DNA of 41,687 nucleotides from an uncultured Clostridia bacterium (lineage in GTDB: Bacteria; Bacillota; Clostridia; Christensenellales; UBA1242), in assembly GCA_947384015.1 (NCBI GenBank), contig CANDFN010000001.1, positions 1 to 41,687 of the forward strand, given 5' to 3'. How positions within the stretch are numbered: the stretch's first letter is position 1; each line of letters opens with the position of its first letter. A program made the position numbers and the translations under genes. Positions 26,170-33,776 of the stretch are shown here, piece after piece. Below the pieces are notes generated by a model. It ran no database searches and had not been told where the DNA came from. It saw only the letters and a list, made by a program, of their open reading frames with translations.

Positions 26170-26193
26170 AATAATGTAACAAAAGGAGAAATT

Positions 26194-27081
26194 ATGAAAC
26201 CAGGATTAGGCAGAGGTTTAGATAGCATTTTAAGGGCTTACGATGAAGAAAGCCAATCAGGAGCAAAAGCAAGTTCCGAAACAAGCAAGTTTGCAATGAG
26301 ACAAGGAGATGTTCAAAAGATATCCATATCTAAAGTTTATGCAAACCCAAACCAACCACGTAAAATATTTGATAAAGAAAGTTTAAATGAATTAGCTGAA
26401 AGCATTCGCATTCACGGCTTAATTCAACCAATCATCGTTAATCAAATGGATGACGGCTATATGATTATAGCTGGTGAAAGAAGATATCGTGCAAGCAAGA
26501 TATGCGGCTTAACAGAGATTGATGCAATAGTAAAAAACTACACATCAAAACAAATAGCTGAAATCACCATTATTGAAAACCTCCAACGTGAAGATCTTAA
26601 TCCAGTAGAATTAGCAAAGGGTATAAAACGTTTAATGGACGAACATGGCTTAACACAAGAAAAAGTTGCAGAACGTTTAGGCATGTCTAGACCTGCAGTT
26701 GCCAACACAATTAGGCTTCTAGCTTTATATCCTGAAGTATTAGAACTAATAGAAAAAGGTAAAGTATCATTTGGCCATGCAAAAATATTAGTAGCAGTTT
26801 CAGATTATGCGACACAACTACTGCTAGCAAAAAAGGTTGCTAAGGACAAACTAACAGTCAGAGATCTAGAAAGAGAAGTTAATGCTTTACTAGGAAACAA
26901 AAAACGTAAAAAGGTTGCAAAATTACCAAGCGGTGAATTACAAGAGTTCGTTAGTGAACTTCAACGTAAATTAGGAACAAAAGTCTCTCTAATTGGTAAC
27001 GATGCTAAAGGGCGTATTTATATAGACTATTATTCTCAAGACGATTTAGACAGAATCTACGACATAGTTCTAAGAAGATAA
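26194..27081 (+). CDS. spo0J: Chromosome partitioning protein ParB/Spo0J
   Basis: 295 aa. ParB box IAGERRYRAS, HTH region LTQEKVAERLGMSRPAVANTIRLL, and a C-terminal dimerisation region. Confidence 0.93.
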   Translation: MKPGLGRGLDSILRAYDEESQSGAKASSETSKFAMRQGDVQKISISKVYANPNQPRKIFDKESLNELAESIRIHGLIQPIIVNQMDDGYMIIAGERRYRASKICGLTEIDAIVKNYTSKQIAEITIIENLQREDLNPVELAKGIKRLMDEHGLTQEKVAERLGMSRPAVANTIRLLALYPEVLELIEKGKVSFGHAKILVAVSDYATQLLLAKKVAKDKLTVRDLEREVNALLGNKKRKKVAKLPSGELQEFVSELQRKLGTKVSLIGNDAKGRIYIDYYSQDDLDRIYDIVLRR

Positions 27082-27083
27082 AA

Positions 27084-27113
27084 TAAAAAAAGCGGCAGTT
27101 GCCGTTTTTTTTT
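27084..27113. terminator. Bidirectional terminator between parB and the convergent DHH gene
   Basis: A-run, CGGC-AGTT-GCCG, T9. Confidence 0.7.
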
Positions 27114-27134
27114 ACAATAAGCTGATATTGACCA

Positions 27135-28112
27135 CTAAAACAATTTTTCTTCAACAACAGTTACGTTTTTCAACTGTTGCTTAAAGGCTTTTTCCACATC
27201 CTTAACAATAACGTCCAAACTTTTGCTTGAAACAAAAGCAGCAGCCCCTTGATGACCACCTCCTCCAAACTTTTTAGCTATTAAAGAAACATCGTAACCT
27301 TTCTTTGCTCTAAAACTAACATACCAATTATTTCCTTTAGGAGAAATAAAGCAGATAAGCTTTGAAGTATATATAGAATTAAGCTGATTGGCTATGCCAA
27401 ATTCATCTTCTTCTTTTGCCTTTAATTCGTCAAGTTGTTCTTTCTTTATGTATGTAATTAAAAAACCCTCTTTATATTCTTTGGTATTAGAAATTGCTTT
27501 GGCATAAAGCTGTTGATTTAACAGTGTATTATGCTTTAAAAAGTTTGTATAGACATCTTCCACTTTAACCACATCCGCACAAGCGCTAGCGATTTTGTAA
27601 GTGTTAGAATTTATAGCGCCTACAGAAAAGCCATCAGTATCGGTTAATAAGGCAGCATATATTTTACCTAGCTGAACAGCAGAAAATTTATAACCATAAT
27701 ATGACAACAATTCATAAACAATTTCGCAGCTAGAACTAACTACATCAAAGTAAGAAATACAATCTTTAAAAATATTTGTTGCATGATGATCAATATTAAT
27801 CTTAACTGCCGCATTCTGATAAAGCGAAGCATACCTCCCCACCCTATCCAAATTAGGACAATCCATAATTATAGCAGCATCATAATTTTGTTTAGGCTGA
27901 GGATTAATTGTTTTATCTTCTATAATTTCTAAGCAGTTATCAGGAATATTTCCTTCAGCAAAAATGTCAACACAAGAGATTTTGAATTTTTCAATTAAAA
28001 AATCCTGCATAATAACCATACTGCTTAAAGCATCAGCATCTGGATCTATATGTGCTATTAAACACACCGAATTCACATTCTTTATTTTTTTCAATTTTTT
28101 AAAACTATCCAT
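27135..28112 (-). CDS. DHH/DHHA1 family phosphoesterase (NrnA-like oligoribonuclease/pAp phosphatase)
   Basis: 325 aa. IAHIDPDADALSS (DHH motifs I-II), DHH-like INIDHH, and DHHA1 GGGH (FGGGGHQGAAAF). Confidence 0.85.
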   Translation of the reverse strand: MDSFKKLKKIKNVNSVCLIAHIDPDADALSSMVIMQDFLIEKFKISCVDIFAEGNIPDNCLEIIEDKTINPQPKQNYDAAIIMDCPNLDRVGRYASLYQNAAVKINIDHHATNIFKDCISYFDVVSSSCEIVYELLSYYGYKFSAVQLGKIYAALLTDTDGFSVGAINSNTYKIASACADVVKVEDVYTNFLKHNTLLNQQLYAKAISNTKEYKEGFLITYIKKEQLDELKAKEEDEFGIANQLNSIYTSKLICFISPKGNNWYVSFRAKKGYDVSLIAKKFGGGGHQGAAAFVSSKSLDVIVKDVEKAFKQQLKNVTVVEEKLF

Positions 28113-28218
28113 AAAATAATTATATCATAATTTTTGTTTTAAAGTTACCATTTTTTTAATCTAATTAAACTTATTTTTGTTTTTTACACGCTTGCTATTA
28201 CATGCTTAAAAAGACACT

Positions 28219-28273
28219 TTGTCCACACGCTGTGGACAAAATTGTGGAAAACTTGTGGATTGAATGTGGAAAA
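28219..28273. promoter_or_regulatory. Cluster of five DnaA-box-like 9-mers (candidate oriC element or DnaA-box cluster)
   Basis: TTGTCCACA (28219-27), TGTGGACAA (28231-39), TGTGGAAAA (28243-51), TGTGGATTG (28254-62) and TGTGGAAAA (28265-73). Each has 1-2 mismatches to TTATCCACA/TGTGGATAA. The four same-strand boxes start 12, 11 and 11 bp apart. Confidence 0.65.
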
Positions 28274-28382
28274 CGACAAAATAAACACTGTTTATACAAA
28301 CAAATTTTACAGAATGTGTAATAAAATAAATTTACGTTCTATTAAAAAGCTTTAAATTATAAAATAAAACTAAGGGCAAACT

Positions 28383-29081
28383 GTGATTTTTTCTTTAAAC
28401 AAAAAAGTAATTATTTGTGTTTTAATAAGTATTTTTATTATTAGCGCCTGCTGCGCTACATGTTTTTCTGTAAAGCTGGCAAAATCTCCAAATTTTTCCT
28501 ATACTATTGTTATTGATGCTGGACATGGAGGCAGAGACGGCGGAAGCGTAGGAAAAAACGGAACTATAGAAAAAGTAATAAACCTAAAATACGCCAAAGC
28601 TTTAGAAAAAAAGCTAACAGAATTAGGCTACAACGTTATTATGACAAGAACTAACGACAACGGCCTTTATGACGAAAATGCAAAAAACAAGAAATTAAGC
28701 GATATGAATGCGCGACTTAAAATTATAGAAAAAGCAAATCCTGCGCTTGTTATAAGCTTGCATATGAATAGTTTTCCAAATCAATCAGCGCATGGCGCAA
28801 GCACCTATTATAGAGAAGGTGACAGTGCAAGCGAAACCTGCGCCAACTTAATACAGCGTGCGCTAAACAATTACTGCGATGCACCAAGCATAAAAGGTAA
28901 ACCAGCAGACTACTATATGGTAAAGTGCAGTTATTACACTTCTGTTTTGGTAGAGTGCGGTTTTATATCAAATCCAGAAGAAGAAGCATTGCTAAACAGT
29001 GATGCCTATCAAGAAAAAATAATATATGCAATATATTCAGGTATTCAATTATATTTTGGACAATTTGCAAGCTCAATATAA
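28383..29081 (+). CDS. cwlD: N-acetylmuramoyl-L-alanine amidase (Amidase_3, CwlD-like)
   Basis: 232 aa with a GTG start. N-terminal TM, IVIDAGHGGRDGGSVG, ISLHMNS, and ECGFISNPEE. Size and architecture fit germination-specific CwlD. Confidence 0.85.
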   Translation: MIFSLNKKVIICVLISIFIISACCATCFSVKLAKSPNFSYTIVIDAGHGGRDGGSVGKNGTIEKVINLKYAKALEKKLTELGYNVIMTRTNDNGLYDENAKNKKLSDMNARLKIIEKANPALVISLHMNSFPNQSAHGASTYYREGDSASETCANLIQRALNNYCDAPSIKGKPADYYMVKCSYYTSVLVECGFISNPEEEALLNSDAYQEKIIYAIYSGIQLYFGQFASSI

Positions 29082-29124
29082 ATGATTTATAAAATATTTT
29101 TCTTTATATTAATATAAAAAAGTT

Positions 29125-29865
29125 TTAAACTTCAACAGTAAAACCATTTCTACTCCAAAGCCAAAAAGGCGTATGAATATCTATTGGTTGAATATCTGTA
29201 TCTTTTAAAATATCCGCCCACCTTTGCGCCACAACTTCTCTTATGTTAGATTTTAACATTTCATCTTTATTTATTACCCCTAATTTTAAACTTGCTTGAA
29301 TTACATGTGTGTCTGGCGCCACAGTTATCGCATGACTGTTTTTTAATTTTGTATTACTATATTGTGTAATAACGTAAAGCCAATAATTTAAAATTTTTGT
29401 GCCAGATAAATATGGAAAATCTTTTTTATTTTTTAATATGTGTTCCTTAATTTTTATAATATCATTGTTACATTCATTAAACAAAATCCTAACATCACTT
29501 TTGTAATTACTATAAAATGTTTGGCATAATTTTTGCCAAATTAAAGGTTGTTTGTTTTGTTGTAGTGCAAGTTTGTATTTAGTAAGTTTTTGCTGTAGCT
29601 CTTTAATAGACATGTTAACAACTTCTTCTGGAGCAAAAATATCCCTACATTCTTTATCTTCCCAAGTAAGAAGGGCAGACTCCCACAAATTATACGAGTT
29701 TCGTTGATAATTTAATGCCATAGGCAAAGTAAAATAGATTAGATTTTCGCGTGAATTTTTATCAAAGCCAGGGTTGCTATCTTCTGGCATTTTATCTCCA
29801 CCCAATTTACCTTGTTTATGCAAGTCTATAAGTTTAGAAACCTTTATTAATAATTCCTCTTTCAT
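29125..29865 (-). CDS. Hypothetical protein, possibly an HhH-GPD-like base-excision repair superfamily member
   Basis: 246 aa. ITVAPDTHVIQASLKLGVI resembles the VDTHV.R...RLG helix-hairpin-helix block. This is a weak, motif-only call. Confidence 0.35.
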   Translation of the reverse strand: MKEELLIKVSKLIDLHKQGKLGGDKMPEDSNPGFDKNSRENLIYFTLPMALNYQRNSYNLWESALLTWEDKECRDIFAPEEVVNMSIKELQQKLTKYKLALQQNKQPLIWQKLCQTFYSNYKSDVRILFNECNNDIIKIKEHILKNKKDFPYLSGTKILNYWLYVITQYSNTKLKNSHAITVAPDTHVIQASLKLGVINKDEMLKSNIREVVAQRWADILKDTDIQPIDIHTPFWLWSRNGFTVEV

Positions 29866-29929
29866 ATTAGCATTATATCACAAGCTACAACTTATGTAAA
29901 ATCAAAAAATAGGCAAAATTATGCACTCA

Positions 29930-30472
29930 TTAAAAACAGTTCATATAAACTTTTCCATTTTCAAAATTTATACCGCTTTTTGAAAGGGCGTCATACAAAT
30001 GTTCGTTTTCTTTTATATAAACTTTTTCGTATCCTAATTTTTCTATTATTTCGTGACATTGTTTAAAATCATTTCTTCGTCTTTCAACAAACTCTTCACT
30101 AGTTCCTCTTTGTTTAAAACTTTTTGCCAAATTTTCAAAAAAATTTTTATCTTGGATGGCAAAAACAACTATCACATTTTTTAACTTATCTACATAATCA
30201 AATATTCTATTAATGACACTGCAAATGGAATTAAAACAATTTCTCTTTTTGCCAACTCTTCATCAAGTGCATGAAAAAATTTTAACAGCCATTCTGGATT
30301 TAATTTACGAATATCAGTTCTTCCATTTATCTTTTCTAATGGTAATTTCTTATATCTTCCGTAATTAAACGATAATGTTGAAATTCAAAATCACTTACTC
30401 CTAAAAAATGTCAGCAAGATATGTTTTGCCTGAACCCAGATACTCTAAAACTAAAATTTTTCCTTGTTTCAT
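29930..30472 (-). pseudogene. Multiply frameshifted P-loop NTPase/kinase-like gene
   Basis: Hand translation shows MKQGKILVLEYLGSGKTYLADIF (Walker A-like). The reading frame then continues in three other frame segments (LGVSDFEF..., ...KLPLEKINGRTDIRKLNPEWLLKFFHALDEELAKREIVLIPF..., ...DYVDKLKNVIVVFAIQDKNFF... to stop 29930). The first shift is at a T6 run. Confidence 0.6.
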
Positions 30473-30504
30473 AACTATCCTAAAAAATTTTTTATATAAT
30501 TTTT

Positions 30505-30579
30505 TGGTGCTCCCGTCAGGATTTGAACCCGAACTAATGGTTCCGAAGACCATTGTGCTATCCATTACACCACGAAAGC
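30505..30579 (-). tRNA. tRNA-Arg (anticodon TCG), CCA encoded
   Basis: Hand-folded: acceptor GCTTTCG/CGGGAGC (two G-U pairs), D arm GTGT/GCAC, anticodon arm ATGGT-CTTCGGA-ACCAT, T arm TCGGG-TTCAAAT-CCTGA, discriminator A. Confidence 0.85.
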
Positions 30580-30666
30580 TTATTAGAGAAACAAATCTCT
30601 TTATAATATTATAGCACATTTTTTTATCAATCTAACCATATATAACAAAAAACACCAGATAAAATT

Positions 30667-31695
30667 CTAGTGTTTTTTATTTGATTTTTCTTTATTATTA
30701 ATTCTTAAAAATCCTACAATCAGCAAAACTAAACCAATAAACAGAAAACTTAAAAATACAATAAAATTACAATTTCCATTTACGCAAGTTTTCCAGTTTG
30801 AAAAATCTATATTATAGCTATCGTTAGGGATCCTTAGCACTTTTGAAACAACTAAGTTTGTTAAGTAAAAAAATGTTGTTAATGTAAACACTATCTCACT
30901 GGCTTTTAGCAATTTATTTTGTTTTGTTAAACCCAACAATGCGCAAATAATTAGCGCAGCAAAACAATATAAACAAATTAATATAGCATTTAATAATCTA
31001 TAGTTATAATAAACTCTTATTACACACATCATCAAAATTGTAATAAGTCCCGCCAAAACAATAGATATTAAAAATTTCAGTTTTTTAATTATTGTAGACG
31101 TGTTATACTTTTCAATGCAAATAGGAATAAACACTAATACATAACCAATCAAAATGCCTAATATCGCAGTTATATATGCCAGTATATTTCCATATAGCAT
31201 TCCGCACACCAAAAGCAATAAGGCAAGTGCACTAAAACTTGTTGTTAAAAATATTAACAGTTTGTATTTGTTAAAGAAGATAGAAAAAGTTGGAACAAAA
31301 GCATATGCACAAATTAGCGATGCTAACACAGTCCAAAACCAAGACAGAGTATGATTAACCGCCAAGTTACAAATAAAACAGGTTATTAAGGCTATAGCAT
31401 AACATATTGTAGGAATTAGAAACCAAGCACTTTTAATTGTTCTAAAGTTTTTTGCTTCCGCCTTTTCTTTTCTATACGCATGGTCTGTAGACGCTGTTAT
31501 TAACTCGTGCTCACTTATCTCTAAAGTTTTACACAAATTTGCCACCATTGTTATATCTGGATAAGACAAGCCTCTTTCCCATTTAGACACTGCCGATTCA
31601 GTTACAAACAGGATATCTGCCAGTTCTTTTTGAGACAAACTTTTTTCTGTTCGTTTACTTTTTATAAACAAGCCAAAATCTTTTTTATTGTTCAT
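30667..31695 (-). CDS. Membrane-anchored XRE-family HTH regulator (N-terminal HTH plus about 8 TM helices)
   Basis: ATG 31695 with a GGAGG RBS 5 nt upstream is preferred over the ORF-track TTG at 31740. SQKELADILFVTESAVSKWERG is an HTH_3 motif. Confidence 0.8.
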   Translation of the reverse strand: MNNKKDFGLFIKSKRTEKSLSQKELADILFVTESAVSKWERGLSYPDITMVANLCKTLEISEHELITASTDHAYRKEKAEAKNFRTIKSAWFLIPTICYAIALITCFICNLAVNHTLSWFWTVLASLICAYAFVPTFSIFFNKYKLLIFLTTSFSALALLLLVCGMLYGNILAYITAILGILIGYVLVFIPICIEKYNTSTIIKKLKFLISIVLAGLITILMMCVIRVYYNYRLLNAILICLYCFAALIICALLGLTKQNKLLKASEIVFTLTTFFYLTNLVVSKVLRIPNDSYNIDFSNWKTCVNGNCNFIVFLSFLFIGLVLLIVGFLRINNKEKSNKKH

Positions 31696-31885
31696 TTCAA
31701 CCTCCAAAACAAGTATATATAACCTCATGTAATATGTCAATGGACTGTTGCGCCACCTTGTAAAGTTTAAAAATTCTACTAATTTTAGAACTTTTCTTTT
31801 ACAATTTAGCCCGTTTTAAATTATTACTATATTTAATTATAACACAAATTGACAAAATTTTTAGGTTTTGCTAAACTAGTTTTTA

Positions 31886-33714
31886 ATGAAAAATAACAAA
31901 ACAGATTCAATAAGAACAACTAAAAATAAAAAAAGAGCATAACCGAATATCTGTCAAAATATAAGTTTGCTATCTTTTGCTATGTCCTATGTGTGATAAG
32001 TGCTGGAGCCTGCACATTTTTATATACAATATCCATAGCTTATTCTATAGAATGTATAACCACCACAAGATACAAAACCGCAGTTTATTGCCTTATTGCA
32101 GTAATGGCCTTTGCAGTTTTAGAACGTATTATTACTTTCTTTTCTAATTACTTTTACCATAAATATTCAAACAAGATTATGGAAGAATTAAACTTAGATT
32201 TAGCCAAACAAGCTTTTAAATTAAACTCTGAAACTTACAACAATCATAATACTGGAGAGTTTGTTCAAAGAATTGTTACCGACCCTGAAAAAATTGTAAA
32301 CAGCCTTGCCTCAATAATTGACTATTTAGCAGACGTGATTGTTGCTGCGGTAATGGTAATTTACCTTATGACATTAAATGTTTGGATTGCGTTAGTTTTG
32401 CTTGTGGCAATTGTTATTGGTAGCATTATAGAAATTAATAGAACTAAAGTGTTTGGAAAAAACAGCTACAAACAAAGAAAGACTTTAGATGAAATAAATT
32501 CACTTACAACCGAAATTGTTAGAAGTGAGAAAGATGTTAAGTCCCTTGGCCTAGAAAGCAGATTAACAACAGTATCTAACAAAAATTATAATAGATACCG
32601 AAAAATAAGATATAAAACAAACATTGTTGATGTTGGCTTTTGGACTGTTAGAGATATTATAATAAAGATATTTTCTATAGCGATGTTAATACTAGGCGTC
32701 TACCTAATTAATGGTGCATTAATAACTTTAGCCACCTTTATGATTGTTTATACGAACAACGATTCACTTATAAACCTTGTAAGGAATATTGGCAGAATAA
32801 GCACTAATTTAGTAGAAGTAAAAGTATCTAGCAAACGCATGTTCTCATTGTTTGATGAAAATGAATTTTCAACCGAATGGTTTGGCGATGTAAATCTAAA
32901 CAACATTCGCGGTGAAATAGAATTTAAAAAAGTTCGTTTTTCTTTTAAAGAATATAAACTTGAACCAATTAAAAGCACAAATAAAAATAAAACAAAAAAT
33001 CCAAACTTAGAAAAAGTTTTAGTTAACAAAAATACTGTTTTAGATAATTTATCGTTCAAAATAAAACCCAATACAACAGTTGCTTTTGTTGGTAAATCTG
33101 GTAGCGGGAAATCTACAATATTGAATTTGATGAGCAAAATGTATGAAGTAGATTCGGGCGAAGTGTTAATTGATGGTATTAATATTAATTCTTTAAACAA
33201 GCATACTTTACGTAATTCAATTTCCTTGGTCAATCAATTTCCTTACATATTTGATATGACAATAAAAGAAAACCTATTGCTAGCAAAAGAAGACGCTACT
33301 GACGATGAAATTAAACTAGCTATCAAAAAGGCTTCTTTAGATGAGTTCGTTTCAAGTTTACCAGAAGGACTTAATACAAAAGTTGGTGAAAGTGGTATTA
33401 AACTAAGTGGCGGACAAAAACAAAGACTAGCAATAGCTCGCGCATTGCTTAGAAATTCTAGTATATTAGTTTTTGACGAAAGCACAAGCTCTTTAGACAA
33501 TTTTGCTCAGGATGAAGTGAAAAAGAGCATAGATTCATTAAAAGGGGAAAGCACAATAGTTATTGTTGCTCATCGTTTAAGCACAATTAAAAACGTAGAC
33601 CATATTTTCTTTTTAGATGATGGCAAAATTTGCGACGAGGGTAGTTTTGACAAATTGTTTAAAACCAATAAAGAATTTAAAGAAATGTTTTTAACAGAAA
33701 ACATAAAAAAATAA
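31886..33714 (+). CDS. ABC exporter (fused TMD-NBD, canonical NBD), N-terminus interrupted by a frameshift in an A7 run (31928-31934). The uninterrupted part runs 31993-33714.
   Basis: Walker A GKSGSGKST, signature LSGGQKQR, Walker B ILVFDESTSSLD, H-loop VAHRLS. ATG 31886 opens MKNNKTDSIRTTKNKKRA and then hits a stop. The main frame is open from 31930 (KKSITEYLSKYKFAIF...) but has no start codon before GTG 31993. Confidence 0.8.
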
Positions 33715-33776
33715 TAGGAGTAACATCCTATTATTTTTTATTTATACTATCTGAAAATACTAAAATAAATTTTAAT

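Noticed and set aside
30401-30619. ORFs 30401-30619 (-) and 30408-30614 (+)
   Set aside because: Both run straight through the tRNA-Arg(UCG) gene (30505-30579). The minus-strand ORF is simply an upstream read-back from the pseudogene's real ATG at 30472.
31696-31740. TTG start at 31740 for the membrane HTH regulator
   Set aside because: It adds 15 hydrophobic residues before the HTH with no RBS. ATG 31695 has a perfectly spaced GGAGG.
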